A stretch of 62,918 bases of DNA, filler included, from Rhabdomonas costata (GCA_019059605.1; 21 parts of 21 records of this genome joined end to end with filler, not necessarily neighbours in it); one strand, 5' to 3'; shown: positions 25,981 through 38,660, counted from the whole stretch's first letter. Made by a program: numbers and translations. The notes: generated by a model not told the origin, from the sequence alone.

Positions 25981-26440
25981 ATGGCGCTGTTCTTCAACTT
26001 CAAGACTCAGCCGCCCATCAAGGCCAACATCCTGGTCTCCGAGTGGCACTCCGAGTCCCCCAAACTTGCCGTCGCTGCCGACGACAAGACTGTCTCCATT
26101 TACAATGATGAGGCATGTCAAGCTTAACTTAAACCGCTTAAATATCCCTACTCCACCCCTAAATGCGGAACGACTTACCCAGATTTGCTTGAAGTGTGAC
26201 TTTCCCGAAAGTTGCGGAGTTACGGAGAATTTTTCCCATGCTCAATCCTGTTGTAGCGGTGCAAGGATGAATGGGTTGTTGTCTTATTCCGCTGCCCTCC
26301 AGTTCTGACCGTGTAGGACACCACACACGCACCTACACCCACAGGGGGACAAGATCGACCGGGGATGATTCGTGCCGCTTCGTGCTCCGCTCTGGCCTGG
26401 CACCCCAAGCAGAAGCTTCTGTGCACTGGCTGGGAGGATG
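25981..26440 (+). CDS. IFT140: Intraflagellar transport protein 140, first two exons (25981-26112, ~26345-26440)
   Basis: MALFFNFK...SEWHSESPKLAVA...VSIYNDE and CSALAWHPKQKLLCTGWEDG match the IFT140 N-terminal WD40 repeats. Both donors are GCATGT. Confidence 0.85.
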
Positions 26441-27075
26441 GCATGTGCCGCCATACCCCATATACCCCATGCTTTCCACCCCTATTTGGAAACCTGAATA
26501 GCTTCTTCGGTGTGCTAATTCTCCGCTTTGCTGGAAGTAGTGCTGTCCTTCAAGTGCGACTGCCTTTGGGGAGCTGTGTTGCACTCCTTATTTTGTGTGG
26601 CACGACCTCCCCCCCGCCTTTTTTTTTTGCTCGGTGGTAGTTTGTTGCAGCTGGCTTGTCTTTCGGTTTCCGTTTACAGTTCTTTAATTATCGCTTTTCT
26701 GAGGGTTCTACCTATCTAGCCTCTTCAGCCGACCTCGAGAACCTCACCGATCGACGGGGGCCTCATCGGAAATGGGGGGCTAGGACCATTTACTTCGGTC
26801 CAAAACCTCGCCCTATTCGCTGGGTGACATCCGCGATGGTCACTGCCGGACCGGACCGGAGACCTAACTTTGACCTCAGAACTCGAGCTAGAGTGACGGG
26901 TTGGGGCTCATATTTGGTGGAATGGAAGTACTTCTGAGATGAGTTGGTTGGCCGCTTCCTGGCCTCGGACTCCTTNNNNNNNNNNNNNNNNNNNNNNNNN
27001 NNNNNNNNNNNNNNNNNNNTTAATTAATTAANNNNNNNNNNNNNNNNNNNNNNNNNNNNNNNNNNNNNNNNNNNN

Positions 27076-29969
27076 TGTGGTGTGTCGAGCACTCTCGTCT
27101 CCTGCTGGACGAGAGTGCTCGACGACACCGTGTGAATGTTACCAGAGAATGAGGCGTACGGAAGTGAAGATCCAATAAACAGCGTTCAAGATGAGAACGA
27201 AGGAAGTAATAATCCAGCCACATCCACACTTCTGAGTGTCGTTTTGGATGGAAGTTCAGATAAGTCAATATCCAAACCGAGTGGATGAAAGACTATATTG
27301 ATCATTCCGGATTAATGAAAAGATGATGAAAAAGAGAAAAAAGTTCAGTGGTTGGACCCAATGTGCCTTCGTTATGCAGAGGAAGGTGGGATGGGTTCAG
27401 AGAGCTTAGGGGGTTCTTCTAGACCAGAGGACTATGACATGGAAGCTGAGTACCACGTGTTTACAGAAGCATAGTTTCCAGAAGGGGACGATGTTGTGGT
27501 AGCATAACCAGAGCAGTACCATACCCGCGCAGAGCCATATCTGGAGGATGTAAGTCAAGACGGCTCATCAACTCACAGAAAAGTTCTGAGAGCATTGGCC
27601 AGAGCCATACGTGGAACCAATGGCGGTGGTGGTTTCTACCGAATCCAGAGCTTTGTGAGACCGGAGACGAGGCGGAGCGTTTCATAGAGTTACATATGAG
27701 AGCTAGTGAAATAACTGTGCAGACCGCAGTTCAGTGTCCAGAAAATTGGTGTATTGATTCACTGCGAATGCCTTTTGAGGACTTTCAACAAAATGTGGCC
27801 GATGAGAAAGGTTCACAGGACGATGCCTACGGAGAGTTAATGTTGCGTCCACTTGTGAGAAGAGATTTGTTCAGAGTTTGGTGTGGAAGAAGAAGTGAAG
27901 TTAGAGCCAACAATGTGTGTCTGTACGCCAACCCGCAGTGGATCGCCCTATCTCGCGTGCTGGCGAAAGAATGTCGTGAGAAATCTCGGCTGTGAGTGCT
28001 GGTGACTCCAGAGTGTCCATATGCACAGTGGTACTCGACGCTGAAGGAGCTGACTGTGCGAAGCCATATTTGGAATGGAGGGTTGTGCCTTGATTCGACA
28101 GGACTTTTGAGGTCAAATCCCAGTGGGTTAGAGTGGTTTTTCAACAAGAGTAAGTGTGGTTGACTGTGTAAAATAGTTTAGGGAGGACAATCCGTTGACG
28201 TTTCTTATTTGTCTTGTGCTTACATTTGTTTTCCCCTTTTAAGACAAGACAAACCTTCCAGAGCGTAGTACCCTTTCCAGACTCCAGACTCAGGTTGGGT
28301 GGAATGCTGTCAAATGTTAGGAGAGAGGATAACATGATCCAGAGTTTCTCTAGCTGGTTGTGTTTTCACAACCACTTGTAGTATTTAGCTAGCTACTTGT
28401 TTCAGAGTTCATTCATTCAGAGTCCAGTGTTCTTGAGAGGTTTGTTCATACTTTCAGAGCTTTGTGTGTGCGCGTCTGAAGTGTGGTGTTCCAGAGCGTT
28501 TTGTGGGTTGTAACTGAATTCAGAACTAATGCGCTTCCAGAGCTGTATATATGTCCCATACCACTAAACCCCGTGCACAGAAGCGTTACTTGGAAGGTAT
28601 GAACGCGTTTGTGAGGGCCAATTTACAGAATTAGTATTATGCTTGTGTGCTTTAATAAGTCCTCCACAGATTTAGATAATGTGCGAAAAGAATCTGCAAA
28701 GGTAGAAAGTACCACGAGTTGTATGAATGCAGTGCAGTGGATTTAATATCAGTAATGTCAATGACATGAAAGATAATGAAGATCACAAATCTCAACGGCA
28801 AAGCTATGCAGTGAATTAGTGTATGATGGTTTTCAATGTATATTAACAGTTAGCGACCTTGAGTACCATTCCACAAGTGTTGGGGGATCAAGCATTGGTG
28901 AAGTATGTGATGGAGGTGATTGAAAAGATAGAGGAATAGGTTATTATTTCAGAACTGTATAATATCTAGTGGTTGCTTAATGAGATTTTGAGAAGAAAAC
29001 TATTTTCCAGAGAATTTCTGTCCCAGATTCCATAGACCAGGCAGTGGGTGAAGTATGTCACTCGAGCCTCGAATCCACATCCACAGCCATCAGTTGCAAA
29101 TGCTTTGTGTAGACAGTTGTGGTCAGAGCCACGCCATCGTCTTCCACGGAAAGTGCAGTTTATAAGGGGCCGCAGATACAGTTCCAAATTTGATGTCAGC
29201 GTTAGTACAGCATTCTGTTGCGGAAACCCAGAGGGAGCGTAGCGAGACACCTGGCGCAGTCTACGAGCATACATGGGCAGGGACCAGTTCCATACCGGCG
29301 GCCAAGTTTCCCAAGCCTAAATCGAGACAGACGACCACGATTGAAGGAATTTCCACAGGCAGCAGACCGTCATCATCCACATCCACATATGAGGAGGTGG
29401 TAATTTGGGGTTGGGAAAGTGGTGGAAAGAAAGCAATGCAGACTAATTGACAAATGTGTGAAGCAACACCACCATCCACTTAATCCACAGTTCCACAGGC
29501 CGAACCCTCGAGGTCAGCTATGTCAGTACCTAGTGAAGCTGTTGCGGAGCACAAACCACACAGTTCCAGAGTCTGTAAAGAACAGGTACTGCAGACCACT
29601 TCCTGATGGAGCTTTGCCTAGAACTAAAGATGCAGAGTATTTGGAGGCTTTACGTTGGTTGATTTCAGAATATATTTTGTCAGGAAGATCCCAATCACCA
29701 AGTACGAGGTCGAAAGGTGTTTCATATGGTTGCAGGATTTGGGGACACATACCCATAGGGCGATGGACGTCCATGCAAAGGCGTTTCTGAGGAGAGCACT
29801 CAGAGAGAAGTTCCAAACAAAGATCAATGCAGAATCGTTTCTAGCCACAGAATTTGAGCTTAGAACGCTGTTGGATTCTTTGAGTTCCATAGGAGTGAAG
29901 GAACTAAACAGCAGTTGCGGAATGAGACTAATAGGCTCCAGACGCTATGTTTTACTATTCCACCAAAAC
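27076..29969 (-). mobile_element. Heavily decayed APE-type non-LTR retrotransposon (endonuclease and RT remnants)
   Basis: AT-richer contig without clean exons. Minus-strand remnants NAVLTLTS...GSDHNCL (APE end), RTVSSFSVEY, TAGWR, KAF and PLS-like words fall in LINE ORF2 order, with many stops and frameshifts. Confidence 0.55.
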
Positions 29970-30475
29970 NNNNNNNNNNNNNNNNNNNNNNNNNNNNNNN
30001 NNNNNNNNNNNNNTTAATTAATTAANNNNNNNNNNNNNNNNNNNNNNNNNNNNNNNNNNNNNNNNNNNNTTGTTTTGTTGAGTCCTCTTTGTAGATGGCA
30101 TATCAGCGCACGTAAAGAAATTCAGTTACGGGGTGGAGAGGAACGGAGTTTTATACCCTTGACTGTTTTTTTCCGCTTGCTATTGATTCGTTGTTGTATC
30201 TCTAGTTGTGCTGCGGTTTCCGTTGAATGCTCTTGTCGATGTGCGCACCAGCTGGAATTTAACTCTTGGTTTCCTTTGTACAGCCATGTGTGCTATCTGT
30301 GAAGCACCGATGAATGGAATGAAAAATGGAATGGGCACGGCGGATTTTGAATTTGAACAGGTGATAGAGGGTGGAAGCCACGATTCCACGGGTAAGAGTC
30401 TTTGACCTTAAGTCGCCTGCACGTCTTTTTCGTTCTCCAGCGTCTTGCATTTCAAAAAGAAATCCCGCGCGCATC

Positions 30476-30500
30476 TAGGGTTAGGGGTTAGGGTTAGGGG
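30476..30500 (+). repeat. Short interstitial telomere-like repeat (TTAGGG/TTAGGGG x4)
   Basis: TAGGG TTAGGGG TTAGGG TTAGGGG. Confidence 0.75.
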
Positions 30501-30960
30501 CAGCGTTATTTTTCAGTGCTCTCTTGCACGTTTGTGTTCCTTTTCTGACTTTTCAACGCACAAACATACCCAGATCCGAGCAATAAACAAGTCCTGTTCC
30601 TAAGTTTTCGACTCCCTGGACTCTGCCTAAGGCTTCCCAGTGTTCACCTGATGTGTCCCTTGATTCTTCGATCCTTCGATTTGTTTAATATTGCACCAGT
30701 ACAGGTAACACATGACATTTCTGTGCAAAATGCCCGCGTACAGTTTGGAGCTGTGTGCTTTATCTGCTTTATTGTGTTGCCCCTTCTGCTGATGTGCAGC
30801 CATTTTCCCATCCCATTTTCACGTCTTTGTTTTGTTTGATGTGTCTACTGTAAGCTCATTTCCCAACTGACCTCATCGATTCAACAAGCAGAAAGCTGCT
30901 GAGGTGCCCTTCGATCTTAATGTGTTTGCACGGGTGGGTCGGGCAGTGTGCTTCGAACAG

Positions 30961-31381
30961 GAAAAATTGTTACCACTGGAAACTGTTACTCCCCCCGTTC
31001 AATTGAGTTTGGAACGGGGGGAGTAACGGTTTCCAGTGGTAACGATTTTTCTTGTTGGTAAAGGCCCCTCCAGGTCACGTTCCCGCCCCGGCCTTGCTGG
31101 CCTTTGCCCCAAAACTGATATTGTTCTGCTCGTCCGCCGCATCCAGCCATAGGTTAGTCCTAAGTCAGCACCAGATTTGAAATGCAAACCAAAAAAAAAT
31201 ACGTAGGGAACAGTGGCACAGGCCACTGCACTTAAATGAATCCATTTCCAGCGCGCAAGTTAACAGAACAGAACAGAACAGTTAACAGAACATTTTTTTT
31301 TGATTATTTTTATGTTACCGTTGGTGACGGTTACCAGTAGTAACAGTTTCTACCGATACCACTGGTAACCATTACGCCTCC
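30961..31381. mobile_element. MITE-like element 31016-31381 with an adjacent inverted end (40-bp hairpin arms 30961-31000 / 31012-31051)
   Basis: Left end GGGGGGAGTAACGGTTTCCAGTGGTAAC is an imperfect inverse of the right end GATACCACTGGTAACCATTACGCCTCC. Non-coding. A related copy lies at 38460. Confidence 0.7.
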
Positions 31382-31502
31382 CACCCCCCACATAAAAAAA
31401 CAACGCCAATTGTGCCCTGAACATAATGGAATTTACATACATGTGCATTTGCACGTGTTGTTCAGCGAAAGCTTGAAGCTGAGATCAATGGGCTGTCTGC
31501 CG

Positions 31503-31562
31503 CAGGATCGCGCCAAACATGCTTTTCCCACAGGATCGCGCCAAACATGCTTTTCCCACAGG
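31503..31562 (+). repeat. Perfect 28-bp tandem duplication upstream of the kinesin ATG
   Basis: CAGGATCGCGCCAAACATGCTTTTCCCA x2 followed by CAGG. Confidence 0.95.
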
Positions 31563-31614
31563 CTGCAGGTGGCATTGCTGAACCCAAACCTCTTCCGCGG
31601 CTGCTGCTTTCAAG

Positions 31615-32963
31615 ATGAATCTGGAGTGCGGTGGCGCGGATGGTGACTCGGTGCAGGTTGCGGTGCGGATGCGCGTCTTTAACGGCCGCGAGAAGGCCGC
31701 GAATGCTGAGCGCATTGTGAGAATGGAAAACTTTGACAAGGGCAGCAAGACCTACATCACTGACCCGGACACCCAAGAAGAGAAGTGTGCGCGTTGCCCG
31801 TACCAAATAAAATCTGTGATGGGTTCCTCTTTCCGTTCTAGAGCAGCGAAACTCTAGATAAACATGGCCTGCCCTCTCCGTATCATTTCTGTTGATTGGT
31901 GTGACATCCGTGTTGTTTCAGTTTCATATGGGATAAGGCATCGCAGTGGTATTTGTGCTTTTCGTTATTGTGAATTGTGCAATTACGCTGTGTGCTCCCC
32001 AGGGAGTTCAAGTATGACTTCTCGTTCCAGTCCCACTCGGACTCCGAGCCTGGAATCGGGGAATGGGCCACTCAGGACACTGTGATGCAGACCCTGGGAA
32101 TCCCCGTTCTGAACGCCGCCCTGGAGGCATGGCTGTTTCCCTCCTCCCAAACACATCTCACACCACACCGCAAGGCACCGAAACCTACCCAGAGGACCAG
32201 AGGAGCGGGGTTACCACAGCTTGAGCTACACTGGCCGGTTGGGGCCCGTACTTGTTGTGTTGGGTCTGTTTTCTTCTGTGCAGGGTCGCAATGTCTCACT
32301 GTTTGCCTACGGCCAGACAGGTGCGTCAGGGTCCCCGAAGGGTTTTGTGTTCGAGCTTTGGACGCTTCGTTTCATTCCCTTTTTTTTGCGTGGCTGAAGC
32401 GAACGTCCCCACCACTGCGTGAATCATGCTTGTTTGCACGTTGTTTTCTGGATCCGAGTTGCTCTGAACTTTTGTTGTGATTGCTTTTGCTGTAAGAGGG
32501 GTCTGGGGTCAGGAAAGGTGCCGGCTTGATTTTGGCTAGGCTCCGGAAAGAGCTTCAGCATGCTGGGCAAGGTTGGGGTCCCAGAGTTGGAGGGGATTAT
32601 TCCCCGCTCATGCCGCGAGATTTTCCGCCGCCGTGATAGTGAAACCAGTCCCCTGGTTCAGATCAACGTGGACATCCAGGTTCCTGCGTACACAGCACCG
32701 CTTTCATGCTCTCGCTGCCTCCAGCTCTCCCGCGTACTTACTTCTTCTCCCACTCCAGGTCAAATATCAAACAGAGAGCGCCAGGCCGTGCGTAAAAGCC
32801 CCCCTTCCCGTTTATGCGCTACCGATACCTTTACTTGTACCGCTATCTTCACCTCGCGCTGCAGGTGGTTGAGGTGTACTGCGAGCAGGTCAATGATCTC
32901 TTGGCTGACCGCAAGAACTGGCCCGCCAACGGGCACAAGCCCAGATTGACCCCCAAACCAACC
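31615..32963 (+). CDS. Kinesin motor (kinesin-3-like), exons 31615-31784, 32003-32126, 32284-32320, 32540-32679, 32865->
   Basis: SVQVAVRMR...EFKYDFSF...LE|GRNVSLFAYGQT|GSGKSFSM...GIIPR...|VVEVYCEQVNDLL. The P-loop is split by an intron. Confidence 0.96.
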
Positions 32964-33292
32964 NNNNNNNNNNNNNNNNNNNNNNNNNNNNNNNNNNNNN
33001 NNNNNNNTTAATTAATTAANNNNNNNNNNNNNNNNNNNNNNNNNNNNNNNNNNNNNNNNNNNNTGGGTGGTGCGCAACCAGGCAAATGTTTTCTGTCGCC
33101 ACCTGTGCAGAAGAGAGGATCAATGGATGACGAGTTGTATGTGTATAGATGTATCCTCGCGCTACGAATGGGGTTGAAAGTAGAATGTGAAGGTCCTGCT
33201 CAGCTGAAGTGGTAAGCGGAAAGACCGACACCATCGTTCCCAAAAAGGGAGAACTGCCACACAGACACACTACAAAAGCAAATTTGGCAACC

Positions 33293-35430
33293 TCACGTGG
33301 TCTCGTGTCCTCCGGCAGGGGCCTCGGCCGGAAAGCCCGCAATGTTCTTCCTTCGACCCGACTGAGCAAGACGGCGATGCTGAGCAACCCCAGGAGGGAC
33401 ATCCAAAGGCATCCTCTCCGCTGCAGGACCCAAGGCCACCCCTTCCTCAGGGGACAGCGCAATCCTCCACTGCTGCGAGTGGTTTCGCTCGAGGGACGCG
33501 TGCAGGGTGCATGGGTACGCCGGAGACGGGGGCGGTCCTGCCCCGCTCGCCGCACTCAACCCTTGGCCGAATGAAGGGGAAGCCCCACTGAGGGGTCCAC
33601 TCTCGCCTCGGCGTAGCTGTAGCTCGTGAGAAGGCTCCAATGCATCGCCACTCACACCCACACGACTCTGGCTCGCATGGAGGTTCGCGGTGGAGCGACT
33701 GGAGCCCCCCGGGGGGCGTCGTGCAGCAGCACCGTGGGTGGTGACAGCTGGGCCAGGCCCGTCGGAAGCGGAGCTTTGTGTTCTTCGCAGGGCCTGGGCG
33801 GTGACGGGTTGCAGCATAGAGTCCAGGTAGGTTGCAACAGAGGAGAGGTTGAGGTCGGAGCAGCCCTCTGGGAGGACGCCAGGCAAGGCTATAGCGGAGG
33901 GGTGGTGGTCCGCAACTTTAGGAACATGCACAGGAAGCGAAGGCGGTAAGAGTGAGGGTGAACTGTGTCTGGTGGGAGGCAAGGGGGCCCGCGGTGTGGT
34001 GCCGATGGGCATCGTGGAGGTGGGTGACTCGCTTGGGTCACACGAGGGCTGTGGCAGCAACGGAGCCCAGAAGTACTGCAGAGCTGCCCGAGTGCTTCGA
34101 TCAAGGTCTGTACAGAGCAGAAGAGGTGTGAAATTCTATGCTGAAATGAAGCTCTGACAAAAAAAAGAACGCCTGATACCGGCAACCGCATTCAGGCTTA
34201 TCTGAGTTTTGGTTTCGCTGTGCCAAGCTGACATCCTGCCGTCCTCAATTATTCTTAAAAATTACCTTCTCCAATTTTCTTTTGCATTTTCTTTTATTTT
34301 TGTTCTTTTGACAATTCCAAAAAAGAACACATCAGCGCGCCCCAGTATCATCAGACCACACCCGCACCAGCAAAAGGGTGTGTGCGCGGGTGGGCATGTG
34401 CGTACGGCATGAGCCGGGCCGGCCCCCTTGCAGCAGTGCCTGCAGCTGCTGCCGCCGCGGCTGTGAGGGCGCCGGTCCCCTTTTGTACCCCCCGCGGCGG
34501 AGCAGTCCCCCGAGCACCCTACGCAGTAGCCCCGGGGGCGCCGGGGGAGAACCAGGGGCACTGGGCTGCACCCCCGAGCGAGGGCCGGGAGGCAGCGTAG
34601 CCCCTGGGTTTCGCCCAGGGCCGAAGAAGGCACGCCCTGGAGGTGCAGGGGAGGATTGGGCTGTGCCGTCGCTGATCTGGTTGCCCTGCAAAACAGCGGG
34701 GTAGAAGGAAGGAAAGGGAGTTTGGGATTACCCTTCGGATGCTTTGTCTCTCCGTTTTTTTTTTTTGGAATCCTCGTGCCGAGCATGATGCGTTGAGGAC
34801 ACCGCAGCATGAGCAATGGCACTGCACGGTTGACGAATGCGGCCAAGCAAACTTTTGCATCACACCTTTTCCAGCTGTGCGTCAAGCAAATCAAGAACGT
34901 AAAACGAGGAAGTGTGCTTGGGAAAGTACTTTGGAACATTGGAGACATGTTAGTGGTGGGGAAAATAAGGGGGAGCAGAGGGTTGTGGTGAGTGAAAGAA
35001 GGACTGAGGAGGACAATCTGCCCAGCCCCACCACCCAATCTTCTCCGTCCGGGCAGGTCAGCAGAACACTTCAGCAGCTTAGTGAACGAATGGAAACTGA
35101 AAACCACCCGCATAGCTGCGAAAGGAAACAACAGAAAGACCTCGCTCAGCTTTTCAGCGTGCTGTTTTCTTTGACTTGAGGGAAGGAACTTACCGTTGCC
35201 CCACGCAACTCTTGGCCAGGGACAGGTACCGCAGCCGCGGCCTGCACAGATGGGGGCAAGCTCAGCTCCAGCTCTCTCGGATCGGCGGGTGGGCTGAGGT
35301 GATGCGCTCCAGCCGCGGCCCTGCCTGCACCACCACCCAGCGCAGGGGAGGCCGGTGAGCACGGCGACGGGGGAAGCACACCGATACCCCCGCACAGGTC
35401 CGGCTCGCCCTCGCTGTCATCCTCCGTGCC
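33293..35430 (-). CDS. Hypothetical Pro/Ser/Gly-rich protein, several GC-rich exons, boundaries uncertain
   Basis: GC-rich open blocks (~33293-34080, ~34410-34650, ~35210-35430) separated by T-rich intron-like DNA. No recognisable domain. Confidence 0.35.
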
Positions 35431-36439
35431 AGCATCAAGGGTTGGGGCAGTCCGAGGATAGGCCAAGGTACACTGCAACACACACACACACACACACACA
35501 CGATCTCGGGGTGCTTTCCAGCCCCCAACACACGGGCACGTCAAACAGACGGGTTTTCTCTCACGGGAAAGGCGTTAATATGTATCAGGCCAAGGGCATC
35601 AGGGAAACTGGAGCGTCACTGACTTCGCTTCCTGACCCCCCCCCCCCGCTCGGGAAAACCTGAATTCTTGGGCTGAATTCTTGGATGGACTGAATTGGAA
35701 AATTCCACCCATTTCCTGCAAAACCAACAAAAGACCACGTGCAAACCACCCAGAACCACCTTGAAACCACCCTGAACCACCTCGAAACCGAGCCAAACCA
35801 CCTGGAAACCAAGGGAACCCACCCAGAACCGACCTGACATCGGGCGACGGTGCGCCGCGAAGTGTGCAACACGTGCAAGCCACCTTTTCGTTTTGTCCGC
35901 TACGTCCAACTCTGCAACTTACCCCGGAAACGACCTGTTTGCCACCCCAACCNNNNNNNNNNNNNNNNNNNNNNNNNNNNNNNNNNNNNNNNNNNNTTAA
36001 TTAATTAANNNNNNNNNNNNNNNNNNNNNNNNNNNNNNNNNNNNNNNNNNNNGTTGTTTTGGACTTCAGAGGTCATTGTTTTCTCTCTACTTAGTGATGT
36101 GTGCCTGGTGGTTTTCAGCGGTAAGTTGCTGGATAATCCCGATGCTTTTTTTTTGCACAGAAACAGCAATTAACAGGAATACAGGATCGACACCGCGTCT
36201 GCACGGGCGTAATGCTTTTCGTCCGCTCCTCATGCATGTTCAGGTTTCTTATTTCAGGCTGCGCCCCGAAAAGCGCAGCTTTTTCTGAGTCAGACGGCGG
36301 TTTTCTGGAGGAAGTTCATTAGTTGTAGGAGTGGCAGAAACCCTAATGGTATTGCGATGACATCTTCCCTGTGTATGCCGCGATCCATCTTTTGGGTTAG
36401 GGTTTCCTCGGACGTCATGCCCATCCCACCTCCTCGGCA

Positions 36440-38404
36440 AGTGCAACTCCCCTGGGGCTCCACCGCCTGGCGCGGCGGGCTCGTCCTCTGTGGAGTACCG
36501 GTTCCACTCTCAGGACGGGGAGGATGCTTTGGCCTACCTCACGTTCTTCCCGAACCTCACTGGAGGCACTTTTGTGGAGCTCGGGGCTCTGGACGGGGTG
36601 TACTTCTCCAACACCCTGTTTTTCGAGGCTCACCGGGGCTGGAGGGGGGCTTTGGTCGAGGCCGACCCCTTGGTGTGTGGGAGGCTGTGCCGGAACCGTG
36701 GAGGCTGCGCGAGTGTCAGCTGCGCCGCAGTGTGCGACAGCCCAGGTGTGTGGGCAGCTGGGTTCTCTGCAAGATAAAGAGGTGAAGAGAGGCTACCCAG
36801 CCGCATAAGAGCTGGACGAGTGCAGAAGGTTGGAGTTCTGTACAACTGCGGCTATCGAGGTTTCTCAGCAGTGCAGATGGACGACCCCCCCCCCCGAGAA
36901 GCGGCCCTGAAGCGGGGGAAGATTCCAAATCTCGCTGGAGACAGAATTGAGACCGAAAGAGCTCCACAGTAGCAATTAATCTTGCAAGCAATTCTGCGTG
37001 TGACTCCACCAAATTGGCGTTTCTTTTTGCTCCTGTTTGCAAAATAATGTTGGTAGCTCCTCCGGCACAGTCGACATGCAGCCGACCACATGGCTGCATT
37101 CGCGGCCGTACACGTGGGGAAATGACGACTTCGAAGGCTACAGTTCCGGAACCTGATTTTGAGCTTATCTTGGTTGGTAGGTTGAAATTGGACTTGTTGC
37201 AGGTTTCTGATCAACTCGGAGTGTCCTCCCTTTGCTTGTGAATCTCTGGAGTTTGCTTTCGGGTTGTTTCGGTTTGGGAGCATTTACCTGCGCATTTTCA
37301 TTGCCAGTCCTCGCTGCTTTTGGAATTGGGCTGGGCGTCAATTGCGCAGGGGCATTCCTTCTGCACACTGGCGCCCAAACACATTGGCATATGCCCTCAA
37401 CCTGTGCAGGTGTGGTCCACTACGTAGTGCACCGCAACCGACCGGGCTCGAGCAAACTGTGCCACACGAATGTCGGCGGAATCGAGGAGTTGATGGCTCC
37501 CAGCTTTAAGCGCCAGTGGTTCCCGTCTTCGCAGGCCGTTCATAGGTCTTCGTGAATATCTTGTTGATTTGCAGTGCTGTGTTGGGGAATATGCATTGCA
37601 AATGTAACATGTTGCTTCCCATTCTCCTGTCTCCCTCGATGACAGGTAACTTGAATTTTCTTCTAGAACAGTTCTGCCGAAACGCATACGCTGCTGTGGG
37701 CTGCTGCTGCACCTTTCAGGGAACCCCATATTTTCGCTTTGAAAGAGAAGCGCGAATAACACCGAATGATAGTGTTGGTTTAAAAATTTCACCATCGACA
37801 TGTGCCGCTGGTCTCAGATGGACGTCTCTGAGTTGAGGTGCATAGCCACCAGCTGGCAGTATAGCTTGGCAAAACAAAGATGTGTCGCAAAAAGAAAGTG
37901 GGTGCCTTTCAGCGTAGAAGCTGCTATTTTCCTCAATCCAGGATTCTATTGGGAAAACGGTACAGACGCAAGGTTTGACCGAGAACCTAAGTTCAGTCCA
38001 AGTGACAAAAAGCCTCAAGTTTACGGTGGAGGCTACTATTTTTTGTCTCAGATCTGCCGTTAATTTATAGTGCTGCTGGTTGCGGTCTTCTGCCTTTGGA
38101 CGTGGTTTTGTGTACTCCTGTTATTCTAATGCCTTTTTTATTTTCCTTGTAATACTTGATTCATTTCTGGTTTCTGGGATCGGAGACCGCCGTTATCGCA
38201 CCTGCATAGCCTCGGACCATTTGGTTCGTCGCTCCGCGGCTTTCTCGGTTTGTTAATTGGGTTCAAAACAGAAGAGTTTTTGTGTGCACCTTTCCTGTGA
38301 CAGGTTCCATGTCACTTGCTTGCCCATGTCCTTGCTGCTGGCTAAGGCTGGCTTACGGCACATTAACTTCTTTAGCCTTGACGTCGAGGGGGGTGAGCTG
38401 GCAG
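36440..38404 (+). CDS. FkbM-family methyltransferase, exons ~36440-36745, 37410-~37546, 38304-38404
   Basis: FHSQDGED...GTFVELGALDGVYFSNTLFFE...GWRGALVEAD and INFFSLDVEGGEL. Confidence 0.9.
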
Positions 38405-38459
38405 GCGTGCCTGTTTCCTCCACTTCTTCCTCTCTTCCTTTCTCGGTGCACGTGTCGTT

Positions 38460-38660
38460 GGGGGTAACGGTTACCACTGGTAACAATTTTTCCATTGGGA
38501 CACACTGTAAAATGTGACTAAAGGCCCCATCCGCCCGCGCCGGCCGCGCCGCGGACTGACCTTCGCCCCTAAAATAATGCTGACTCACGCCTACCCCAAT
38601 CCTGGCGACAGGCTAGTCCTCAGGCAGCATCATTTTTAACATGCTAACGGTGATTACCCC
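38460..38660 (+). mobile_element. Second, shorter copy of the GTTACCANTGGTAAC MITE family, intronic
   Basis: GGGGGTAACGGTTACCACTGGTAACAATTTTTC...TAAAGGCCCC...CCTTCGCCCCTAAAA...AGGCTAGTCCTCAGGCAGCA is colinear with 31016-31170. It ends in TTACCCC. Confidence 0.7.

Noticed and set aside
26345-26368. In-frame TGA in IFT140 as stop-codon reassignment
   Set aside because: It is a frame offset, not readthrough. TGA, TAA and TAG terminate other genes normally and long exons have no internal stops.
27228-27245. ACTTCTGAGTGTC resembling the Euglena spliced leader as I recall it (a similar 11-mer is near 43136)
   Set aside because: Only about 11 nt match, with no T-tract/CG-GT junction or downstream SL RNA structure; compatible with chance.
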